Positions 42,854 through 52,500 of a stretch of 64,000 bases of DNA are shown in pieces. Each line of letters starts with the position of its first letter. The first letter of the stretch is position 1. The stretch is from Salisapilia sapeloensis CBS 127946. Lineage: Eukaryota; Protista; Oomycota. The stretch spans positions 1,511-65,510 of the forward strand of contig JAADVB010000090.1 of NCBI GenBank assembly GCA_023334545.1. The letters are read 5' to 3'. A program made the translations under genes and the position numbers. The notes beneath the pieces were generated by a model. That model was given only the letters and a program-made list of their open reading frames with translations. It was not told the DNA's origin and did not search any database.

Positions 42854-44797
42854 ATGTCGGTGGATCAAGAGTCTCAGTCGTCCACCTCGTTCCCGTTCCA
42901 GATTCGGCCGTCGACATCTTTGTCAACTTCTCAAGTGGAAAGTCTTGATCAAATCCTCGATTACCAGCTTGAGAAGACCATTGAAGCCTATGAAACGTAC
43001 ACGAAGAACGCACGCAATCTCGACCCGCATCATTGGCGACCTCTTCAGTCCAAAGGAAAACTGACGGTTTACAAGGACATTCGTACGACGACTGGAAACA
43101 CAGAGAATGGCGGGGGGGAACTGGATGAAAACTTTCCAACCTTACTAACCGTAGGTAGTATGGATTCTAGCGTGGAGGATGCCATGCTCGGTCTCCTTGC
43201 TCCTGATACCCCGGAGATGCATGTTACCGGTCATTACCTTGACTCGGGCATGTCCGACGGTATCGTCCTCATGCCCCTACGGTTACCAACGACGGAGGAA
43301 CCATTTACATTTCGTGCTGTCAAATGGTTCGTCCAGCAGCCTCCGAAGCGCTTGAAAAGACTTGCAACGGCGAGAGAGTTGGTATATGTCGAAGGCATGG
43401 GTATGGCCAGTCTTTCAGATGGTACTCAAGTTGGCTACGTGCTTCGAAGGCCAGTGGATGTGCCTCAATTACCACAAAGTAGTACTCGTACGATGCGTAC
43501 AAGGCTTACGGAATGCTGCATTTTTGCCCCTGGCAAATTGGCAAAGACGGTTGATGTCTATTGCAAAGGTAAGGTCGCACCGAGTGGTGCAGCACCTGCT
43601 TCACTTATGATCTCCTGGTGTGCCGATACGTTCCTTGCAACTGTCCAAGCTCCCATAAGTGCGCAAAAGAAGAAACTCTCGTGGATTGCAGGTTTGACAG
43701 CAGGTGTGCCGAGTGACCGGATGTCAGAGGCTGCTTCCGAGTCTCTTGCCGATGAGGATGGCTCCAAGCGATCGCATACTACTTTCGATAACCTTACAGC
43801 TAAAGCAAAAGGAATGAATCACGCCAAACTGAACCCTATCAGAGCTTGGAAACCTCATGATGGTGCTTCCCCGCTTCGATGCACCCGTTGTGACCGCAAG
43901 TTTGGAGCTTTCCATTCCGCAATGGAATGCAACTCGTGTCGAGAAAGCGTTTGCTCCAAGTGCCGTATCGCGTTTGAGATTAGCATTGCCAATCGAACAG
44001 ATAGTATGGCGGTGGAGTATGCGAGGGTACTAAAGCGGAACTTCTGTACGAAATGCAACTTCCAAGCTCACCAGTTAAATTCCTTTTCACTGGCAACGAC
44101 ACTGGCTGGAGCGAATACGTATGGTGTCTTGCCTTCGCATCACCATGTTTCCACTAAATCATCCGGGCATGCTGTATCAAGTACTGATGGCACTGGGGCT
44201 TCTGCGGAAAAGATTGAGAATGGAATGAGTATTTTACTACCACAGGACCAAGATACTACGCGAGTAAGCTCAGATCAGAGGAAATCAAGCTCACCGTCAC
44301 CAAACAAACGGCCTATGCGCTACTCGCAGCCATCGTACGATCCGACACGTGATAGCATTCCACCAATGGAACGGGTTAGCAGCTCATACGATAACCACAC
44401 GAGTGATGGACATGTGAAGCGACTGTCGATCTCAATGGTGGACGCCAAGGAGATGAACAAGTGGCATTTGGACGAACCGACGGGCATGAAGGCTGATATG
44501 ACTAAGACCAGGATCGCCGATCAAATGTTGTCCATTACCGCTTCGACATCGACAATGTTCAGCTCCCCTGGAGACAGCGAGCTCGAGAATGAGTGGCGAG
44601 AGTCCTATACTCCTCATCTAACAACGGTCGATACGACCCCTACATCGGCTACTCAAGCCTATCAGAATGACTTGTATGACCGAATGAATCGTCTTCGAAT
44701 GGCAGCAGACGATGCGTACAAAATGGCAAAGCAGACGACGAGTGTGCATATGACAATGACCGAGAAGGAATCCTTATCGATTGAAGATTTGGATTAA
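42854..44797 (+). CDS. Oomycete-type START-like + degenerate FYVE protein (paralog 1); intronless
   Basis: LDPHHWRPLQSKGKLTVYK, LLTVGSMDSSVEDAMLGL, PTTEEPFTFRAVKW, RELVYVEGMG...DGTQVGYVL, KKKLSW, CTRCDRKFGAF...CNSCRESVCSKC...FCTKC: the architecture of the expanded oomycete START-FYVE family. Confidence 0.85.
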   Translation: MSVDQESQSSTSFPFQIRPSTSLSTSQVESLDQILDYQLEKTIEAYETYTKNARNLDPHHWRPLQSKGKLTVYKDIRTTTGNTENGGGELDENFPTLLTVGSMDSSVEDAMLGLLAPDTPEMHVTGHYLDSGMSDGIVLMPLRLPTTEEPFTFRAVKWFVQQPPKRLKRLATARELVYVEGMGMASLSDGTQVGYVLRRPVDVPQLPQSSTRTMRTRLTECCIFAPGKLAKTVDVYCKGKVAPSGAAPASLMISWCADTFLATVQAPISAQKKKLSWIAGLTAGVPSDRMSEAASESLADEDGSKRSHTTFDNLTAKAKGMNHAKLNPIRAWKPHDGASPLRCTRCDRKFGAFHSAMECNSCRESVCSKCRIAFEISIANRTDSMAVEYARVLKRNFCTKCNFQAHQLNSFSLATTLAGANTYGVLPSHHHVSTKSSGHAVSSTDGTGASAEKIENGMSILLPQDQDTTRVSSDQRKSSSPSPNKRPMRYSQPSYDPTRDSIPPMERVSSSYDNHTSDGHVKRLSISMVDAKEMNKWHLDEPTGMKADMTKTRIADQMLSITASTSTMFSSPGDSELENEWRESYTPHLTTVDTTPTSATQAYQNDLYDRMNRLRMAADDAYKMAKQTTSVHMTMTEKESLSIEDLD

Positions 44798-44991
44798 AGT
44801 CCTTCGCTTGGTATTTTTACACTAGAAAGTATATGTGTGTATGCTTGGAATATCAATTTGAGTTGCAAGTAAAACTAGTTGTGTATATGAATTGTATTCA
44901 CCAAAGTCGATTGTATCATGTACTTCGCAACTTTGTATTTCGCTTAAGACAGATTGGCGACTAGTATCAAGCATTAGTATGACTAGGAGAG

Positions 44992-45727
44992 CTAGTAAAA
45001 AGTAGATGACGTACGATAATTGTTGCAAAAGTTCTGGAGCTGAGGCACCATGTTCGCCGATAGGTTCGGATAGACGTACGTGATGAGGCAGTAGACTGGC
45101 TGAGATGTGGCTTTTCGCTCCACTTTACACACAGCGATGCCCTCGCCTTCCTCTAGTTCTGGGTTTCCACGTCGACCGTAGATGAGAGGCGGATGGAATC
45201 TATGGACGTCGTATTGTTCATTTAAAAGCACAATGCCAGACGCAATCGTGTCTTCACGCTTGTCAAACAGCTTCCGTAGAGCTCTATCATTTCGTATGAG
45301 TGCATATGAACAAATCAATAGGTTCACAAGTACATCCTTACTCCACTTCTCCTTCAAGCGGCTTGACCGTGGCGGCAATAAGCCGTCCTTCGTGATCAAA
45401 CGCCACAGCCTTTTTCCATTCTTTGCGAGATTTCAAGCTCTGCGCGATCGTCGTGGGAGTCACTTCTTCCCCTGGTGCAGCAGTGCTAGAAGAGGAAGAG
45501 CTTTTACTAGCAAGTGCATCTGCTTTGGCGGATGCTGTCGGCTTCGACCGGGAAGCACTAGCTTGGGTCGCATGAGGAACCGACGACGTCGCAGTCGCAG
45601 CAGCGGCACTACTAGAATGCGAAAGCGCTGGATTTTTCACTGCACTACTTTCTGGACCGTCAGGAGTAGTATTCGCGCGTGCAAGACCTTGCGTCGAGCT
45701 CTGGGCTCCGGAGGTCGACGTCGCCAT
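44992..45727 (-). CDS. Divergent profilin-like protein with Ala/Ser/Thr-rich N-terminal extension (2 exons)
   Basis: Intron 45284-45341 joins WKKAVAFDHEGRLIAATVKPLEGEVE to ALRKLFDKREDTIASGIVLLNEQYDVHRFHPPLIYGRRG...GEGIAVCKVE...YCLITY. GIxLxxxxYxVxR...IYGRxG parallels the profilin core. Confidence 0.65.
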
Positions 45728-45816
45728 CTTCGTGTCGGGTACAATCGAATGATCAAGTCAGAGCATACAGAACGCAAGTGTAACGATCTAAGAAAAGAAA
45801 AGTGGCACGTGACTAT

Positions 45817-47031
45817 TTAGATATGGAGCTCCTGGCCGACAAAAGGCGAGTCATCGATGGAAAGCTGACGATGGCGAGTGAGCAATGGTGTGGCTTCACT
45901 GTCGACTGGGGCTCGACACCAGGAGAAGAGACTGAGGCAATATCGATTCTGGTTTGCTTGAGACGTCTTGCTCGACTGTCGTTTGATACTCATCATGGCG
46001 ATGACGAGAGAGCCTGGGAGGATCTCTGGGATCGTATAGAATAGCCACGGGTTAGAAGCGTGTGGGTCGAATACTTCTAGACCTGGTGTAGAGATCACGA
46101 GAAGGATACTACGATATAAAAAGAGTAACGAGACGATGGAGCCGAGGACGACAATGCGGCGCGCTAATGCTGCTGCTAGCGGCGAGAACTCAATCTTACG
46201 AAGCACTCGACGAAGGTGCAGCGCAGATCGAGCGAGCATGAATGCTAAAAAGAAGAAGAAGAGAGCGATGAAGGCGTACTCGAACTTGAAAACGGCGCTG
46301 TCGTAGCCTGGGAAAAAAGTTTTGACGGCTAAGAGGGCAAATTCCATCAAGTACAGCCAGACGTTGACTACGACTAGCGATCGTCGGGCACGAGACTGGT
46401 GCTTATTCTTCCTCGTGTAGTCGGCAATGACCGACTGGTTGGCAGCAAACCTGGCAAGAGGCCTCGACGCAGATTTTGCCTGGGACAACACGTCTTCCCA
46501 GAAGCGTAATAGCAGCGTAAACGCAGAAAAGTAGAGTAGAGTAGCTAATTTTCCGAATGAAATGACGCCGAGAACGTAGACATCGATTCGTGTGGGCAAA
46601 ATCGGCACGTTGATAATCATGTGCGAGTACGAGTACGGAGGCGTGTAGCCATGGACCCATTCGAAGAAATGGAGGTTGCTCAGTACCATCCATGCAATTC
46701 GACAGACGTATGCAAAGCCGAGGAAGGTCGGGAACCAGCGCATGGGTTTGACTGGCATCAAGTGCGTGGCATGACCATGCTCGCCCAACCGAGCTCGTCT
46801 AATGCTCACCGAGACAGTATAGGCAAGGGCAACAATGTAGCAGTAGATGGACAGTGCAGCTGCCGACCTTGTATTGATACAATGGCCTTCTCCGAGGCAT
46901 ATCTCCTCGAAGAGGTCCAAAAGCATCATTTCGTGTTCCTGCGAGTGATTCGGTACGGTAGAGATTCCACTTGGATTTTGTATACTTCTGATAATTCGAT
47001 CTTGAAACGACGTGAGCTTCCACCTCTTCAT
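45817..47031 (-). CDS. THH1/TOM1/TOM3 (DUF1084; GPR137-like) seven-TM membrane protein
   Basis: About 7 hydrophobic helices with motifs LLYFSAFTLLLRFWEDV, LFLYRSILL and WLFYTIPEILP typical of the TOM1/GPR137 family; C-term dileucine-like EATPLL. Start may be the later ATG (MMLLDLFEE). Confidence 0.75.
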   Translation of the reverse strand: MKRWKLTSFQDRIIRSIQNPSGISTVPNHSQEHEMMLLDLFEEICLGEGHCINTRSAAALSIYCYIVALAYTVSVSIRRARLGEHGHATHLMPVKPMRWFPTFLGFAYVCRIAWMVLSNLHFFEWVHGYTPPYSYSHMIINVPILPTRIDVYVLGVISFGKLATLLYFSAFTLLLRFWEDVLSQAKSASRPLARFAANQSVIADYTRKNKHQSRARRSLVVVNVWLYLMEFALLAVKTFFPGYDSAVFKFEYAFIALFFFFLAFMLARSALHLRRVLRKIEFSPLAAALARRIVVLGSIVSLLFLYRSILLVISTPGLEVFDPHASNPWLFYTIPEILPGSLVIAMMSIKRQSSKTSQANQNRYCLSLFSWCRAPVDSEATPLLTRHRQLSIDDSPFVGQELHI

Positions 47032-47063
47032 CTCTCCGTCGTCATCGTCCTGCCTTCGCTACC

Positions 47064-47602
47064 ATGGTGCTTCATGCATGCATAGTAATGTAGTGATAGC
47101 ATTATTATAACCGATGGTATAGATTCGTTTCTTGTTAATGCAAAATCGACAAGGCAAGACGCGTTTGTCCAAGTGGTATGTGTCGCCACCGGACGATGAT
47201 GCCAAGATCAAGTTGGAGCGAGAGATTCATCGGCTCGTGGTCGGGCGGGATGCCAAGTTCACCAATATTATCGAATTTCGTGACTACAAGCTCATATCTC
47301 GTCGATACGCTGGCCTGTTCTTCATCCTGGCAGTCGATGTCGATGACAATGAGCTCCTGGCGTTGGAAACGATCCACCTCTTTGTCGAGTTACTCGACCA
47401 GCAATTCGCCAACGTCTGTGAGCTGGACATTATCTTCAATTTCAACAAAGTACTGTCATCACTATCTCCTCTTCCAATTTCTTCTACCTCTATCCTCTAG
47501 GTCTACAGCATGCTCGACGAGTACATTCTCGGTGGACAAGTACAAGAAAGCTCGAAGCGAGAGATGCTTGATCGTATTCGAGAGCTCGAAAAGCTAGACT
47601 AA
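47064..47602 (+). CDS. AP2S1: AP-2 complex sigma subunit (clathrin adaptor small chain), 3 exons
   Basis: ATG-only exon 47064-47066, intron 47067-47122, exon [19 protein letters not shown]...[26 protein letters not shown]...[13 protein letters not shown], intron 47450-47500, exon [18 protein letters not shown]...LEKLD*. RDAKxTNxxEFR is sigma2-like. Confidence 0.9.
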
Positions 47603-47693
47603 AATCAATAGGAAAGCTCAAAATGCTCATTCGCGTTTGCTCCTAGTCTAGGTAAATAGATGCCAGTCCAAACCTTTTACTACGATTGCCATC

Positions 47694-49508
47694 CTATGAT
47701 GCAGCTTGTTCCTGCCACTGAACTTGATCCATCTTACTCGATTCCACCTTTTGTGACTCGACACGCTCGTCTTCATCGTCACTATCAATTTCAATCACCT
47801 CTTGCGTCGTGGCTTTTGCCTCGCCTACCTCATGCACCTCTTTTACAGGCTCAACATACGTCGGCACCTCCTCCTTTGCAGGAGTCGGGGCTCTCGGACC
47901 ATGTAAAAAGTTATTTTCAACCACAAATTCAACGAGCTGTAGCATCTTGTGTTGCTCTCGCTGCACATCCTTTTGCAATAGTTTACGCAAGAGCGACTGC
48001 TGTTCCAAAGCCCACTTATCCTCCACTTCCTTCTCCTCTTTCTTGGCGTTCGTGACAGCTAAAAACTTATCCGCCATGTCCTGATCGTGACTAAAGCCAC
48101 AGGTGTCGCCACGACGACACGTACCTGTGCGAGCAAATTGATGACAAGCGAATTGACTACGATCGTGACTAAAATGACAGCGACTACCGAAACGGCAGTG
48201 GCCTTGGCTGTACAAGCGACAGAGCTTGGTCTTGATCTCCTGAGGAGCCTCCTTTGGTTGTTTCACCGGACGCTCTTCCTCCACCTCTCCATCCTCTAGG
48301 TCGTCTAGACTACGCTTCTCGCCTGCAGAAGGCTTAGACGCAACGACAGACGCGCTCGGCCATCGCCTACGTCGCTCAGCACGCCACTCGGCGATCTCTT
48401 CCGGCGAATTGCCGACGAGAACCATGAACTTTTGACCTTCTACTTCGATTTCTTTCAAGCCAGCGCCACTGAACGTGCCGTGATTGGTCTGGTAGTGGAC
48501 AGAGACTACTTTCTTGGACGCAGAGAAGTCACAGCCTTCAGCTGTGCAAGGCACGTGGGTCTTATTGTGCGCTTCGAGCTGTGAAGCGACGGCAAAGGAC
48601 TTATCGCACGGCTCACAAAAGTACTTGCCGTCATCTACCTCGTCTGTCTTGGGCTCTAAAGGATAGTCCTGACGCTCTGGCTGCACCGGTTCGTTCGGAC
48701 GATACGGGTTCGAGTCGTTCGGACGGTAGGAACGATCGTGCTCGGGGTAAAATCGCTCTGGCTGCGGACGTTCACGAGGATGAGGCCGATGCTGGTTGTT
48801 CGGACAGTGCTGTATCCAGTGCCCAGGCTCATTGCATTTATGACAAACGTAGGAAGGAGGTGGATAGCTCGGTCGCGGTCGAGCGTACGGAGCATAAGGC
48901 TCCGGATTCCGATATGCAGGCGGTTGATACCGTTGTGGCGGCTCGCGTTGGGCCATGTACATGCTACTGTCATTTTGACTATTATTTGGTTGATTATATC
49001 GATCTGGATACGAATCCCCGGATGGCATGTACGCGAGTTGTCTACTAGAATACGATGCAGGAGACTGGACACGAGGGTCGACTGGGCCTCTTGCCGACAT
49101 GTTTGCATTAGGTTCATACATGCGAGATTGTGCAAGATTGTATTGCGGCAGAGGCTGCTGTTGCTGCGGTTGCTGCTGCATATGCGCCATGGGTGGTGCA
49201 TACCCGGCATACTCGCCTCCAGCAGGCATCGGATAAGGAGGAACATTCGATTGATATGACATGTCTGGCTGCATCGGAGGTGCATTTTGGTATGCATACG
49301 GATGGAAATTAGGTGCTTGTGAGTCTCGACCACGACCGCGACCGCCGCGACCACCACGCCGACCACCACGGCGGCCTCCTCGGAACCCACGGCCTCGATA
49401 CATATTCTCTTTTGGCGGTTTTGACCGCCAGTTGATAGCGGTACAGATTATATCGTCTTCGCTGTCACTTTTGTGTCGACGATTGGTTGGCGTGTTTGTA
49501 TCATCCAA
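47694..49508 (-). CDS. NUFIP1: NUFIP1/Rsa1-like snoRNP assembly factor with RGG, CCHC, C2H2 and CCCH zinc fingers
   Basis: RGG box, YVCHKCNEPGHWIQHC, FCEPCDKSF...HNKTH, CTAEGCDFSASKKVVSVHYQTNH, NUFIP1 core NSPEEIAEWRAERRRRWPS, two CCCH fingers, SLLRKLLQKDVQREQHKMLQLVEFVVENNFL. Confidence 0.85.
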   Translation of the reverse strand: MDDTNTPTNRRHKSDSEDDIICTAINWRSKPPKENMYRGRGFRGGRRGGRRGGRGGRGRGRDSQAPNFHPYAYQNAPPMQPDMSYQSNVPPYPMPAGGEYAGYAPPMAHMQQQPQQQQPLPQYNLAQSRMYEPNANMSARGPVDPRVQSPASYSSRQLAYMPSGDSYPDRYNQPNNSQNDSSMYMAQREPPQRYQPPAYRNPEPYAPYARPRPSYPPPSYVCHKCNEPGHWIQHCPNNQHRPHPRERPQPERFYPEHDRSYRPNDSNPYRPNEPVQPERQDYPLEPKTDEVDDGKYFCEPCDKSFAVASQLEAHNKTHVPCTAEGCDFSASKKVVSVHYQTNHGTFSGAGLKEIEVEGQKFMVLVGNSPEEIAEWRAERRRRWPSASVVASKPSAGEKRSLDDLEDGEVEEERPVKQPKEAPQEIKTKLCRLYSQGHCRFGSRCHFSHDRSQFACHQFARTGTCRRGDTCGFSHDQDMADKFLAVTNAKKEEKEVEDKWALEQQSLLRKLLQKDVQREQHKMLQLVEFVVENNFLHGPRAPTPAKEEVPTYVEPVKEVHEVGEAKATTQEVIEIDSDDEDERVESQKVESSKMDQVQWQEQAAS

Positions 49509-49596
49509 TAAAAGGATGACAGAATTGTCGGTAACAGTAGTGGGACAATAGCAAGAAATTGTCCGAGTCGAAGCTAATCAAGTGGTCCGAAGGACT

Positions 49597-52500
49597 ATGG
49601 AGCTACCACAGGAAGAGGAATGGGATGATGCAATCTTGTCTGAGATCTCTATGCTCGAGACGAGTCACCTCCAGAGACGACAGACTCCAAATTTGTCGGA
49701 AAATCGGTCAAATCAAGCCACAATGGACCAAACGAGTGACCAGTGGAGCTGTCATAAGTGCACGCTGCTTAATGCTGCTACATTAAGTTATTGTGCAATG
49801 TGCAAGACGCCTCGATCTGGTCAGAACAGTGTTGTAAGCAAAGGCAAAGTGCAGTCGACGCTGTCGTTTGGCGGTTCTTCTCGACGGCCTCCACCTCGGC
49901 CAGGACCGTCACAAGCACCGAAGAGGTCGCTTCCGACGAAACCTATAGCATCCAAGTCTCCTGCTTTACAGTCCATACAACCGGTTAACCTCATCGAAAG
50001 ACCGAGACAAGCACAACGAGAAGATCCGATCGCTGCGAAGCGATACTTAGACATTAGCCCTGGAGAACAGCCTCACTACGATGCGACAGCTATCCACAAG
50101 TTCGTGTATCCGACAAACTACCAAGTTCGGGACTACCAGCTTAATATTTCAGAACGTTCTTTATATCACAACACGCTCGTGACGTTGCCCACTGGTCTCG
50201 GGAAAACACTCATCGCTTCTGTCGTCATGTATAATTTCTATAAATGGTTTCCACAAGGTCAGATCGTGTTCATGGCACCAACGAAGCCACTAGTAGCACA
50301 GCAAATACGTGCTTGTCATGAAATCATGGGCATTGACACATCTGAGACTGCGCAATTACAAGGGAACGTTCCACCAGCGACACGAGCCCAGCTATGGCGA
50401 ACCAAGCGAGTTTTCTTCTGTACTCCTCAAAGCCTCCAGAACGATGTGGAGAAAGGACGATGTCTCGCAGACCGCTTCGTCTGTCTCGTAGTCGATGAAG
50501 CGCATCGAGCGACGGGGAATTATGCCTATTGCAACGTCATCAAGGCCGTGGAGAGTCAGACACGAACATTTCGAGTGCTAGCGCTGTCCGCTACACCTGG
50601 TGCCAAGTACGACGTTATTCAGGACGTAATTAAAAACCTACGCATATCCCACGTCGAGTGTCGGAATGCCGACGACGTGGACGTGAAGCGCTTCACGCAC
50701 GCTCGACAGGAAGAAGTAGTTAAGTGTGGCTTAACGCAGCCACTAACAGAACTAAAGACAGCATATCTCAAGGTCATAGCTAGAGTAGCACAGCGTCTAG
50801 CTTTGATCAATGCTTTGCCCCAAAAGGATCCGGATAAGCTGAACCGATGGTTTGTCCTGCAGAGGCGACAGGCCTTTCGAGAGTCTTCATTATACGCATC
50901 GAATCGAGGTGCAGAAGCAGACTTTGCATTGTTAGTTAGTCTAGTACATGCTCGAGATCTCTTGACGATCCATGGGTTAAGTAGTTTCCAAGAGTACGTC
51001 CAAGGATGGATCGATGAGCAGCAAACAGGACGTTTATCCTGGTCTAAGAAAGATATGTTCCAATCAGAAGAGTTTAAAGCAGTACAGACGTACTTGTCAG
51101 ATCTCGCAGGTCCATCGGAAGCGTCTCGACCGGAGAACCATCCGAAATTCGCCAAGCTCAAGGAGATATTGTTAGAGCACTTTCGTCGACATGATCAAGG
51201 AGGACATCACTCCACACGTGCAATCGTCTTTACACAGTACCGAGCGAGTGTGTCGGAGATTGTGAAGCTGCTTAAGCCGTTGTCTCCTATGATCCGCGTC
51301 CAGCCTTTCATCGGACAAGGACAGTCAGGAAAAGGGAAGGACGGGAAAGGTATGTCGCAGAAACTGCAGCAGGAGATCGTGCACAAGTTCCGACAAGGCG
51401 AGTTCAACGTCTTGACTGCGACGTGTATTGCAGAGGAAGGACTGGACATTGGGGACGTCGACTTGATCGTATCATTCGATGCGTTAACGTCGCCTGTTCG
51501 TATGATCCAGCGCATGGGACGAACAGGACGGAAGCGTGTAGGACGCGTCGTCGTGCTCGTGACGGAAGGTGATGAAGAGAAGAAGCTACAACGAAGTGAA
51601 CGCGCAGCCAAGTCTGTTAGTAAGGCTCTGACCATGTACAAGAGTAAGTTTGAATATTGCTCATGCGCTCGGATGGTACCGGAGGGTATATGTCCGGAGC
51701 TGAGTGAATTACGAATGGAAATTCCAGAGTTTCATGCGTCTCAAGTTGCTGGGAAAGGACCTGTGTTGGAGAAGAAGAAGAAGAGTCTGACGTGGAGACT
51801 GACGGAGATGGAGGAAATGGTCGGAAGAGCTCGATTCTTTCCAGAGAAGATGGATGAGCTTGGACGAAAGGCTGTCTTTCCGTTGATGACTAACTCGTTT
51901 CATCTGTGTAAGCCACGAGAGTATGTAGTAGGAAAGAAAAGTACAGTGCTCCAGGACATTGTACGCCAGATACGAGGTGTCGACGTGTCGGAGGAAGAGA
52001 ACAAGGTGGAGGATGTAGAAGTAGATGCAGACGAGTATAACAGTCCGATCGTGGAGGAGAGCCAAGGGTCATTCTTTCAGTTCAATGGTTTTAGCGATGT
52101 GGTAACGATGGACGAGGCAGAGGCAGAGAATAAAACTCCAGTCCATTGGACGGAGCCTACACCTACGACAGTGCAGAAGACATCGGCTAAGAAGCGTAAG
52201 GAAAGTGGGGTAGATGCATCTGTGTTGGCGCAAGGCACTGCCTTACTCGCTGAACTGCGTGAGCTTGCTTCAGTCGAGACACCTCTCGTTTCGCATTCGC
52301 CTGAAGGTAACAAGTCACTGAATGCAGCTTCTCCTCCAACGCATACAAGTCCTCGACCAGACTTTCCTCGTATCTCACTTCCACGTCGTCTCTTTAATCA
52401 TGTTGATACTTGTCATGATGGTAATGTGGTTCCGTCGCCTCCAAAGCAAGCTACAGAGAATGCGAAGGCATCTCAAGAGTCTGCCGTACTCACGCCAAGC

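Noticed and set aside
48656-49390. 244-aa minus-strand ORF in an alternative frame within NUFIP1
   Set aside because: Same-strand alternative frame over a low-complexity Pro/Gln/Tyr region; no independent evidence of coding.
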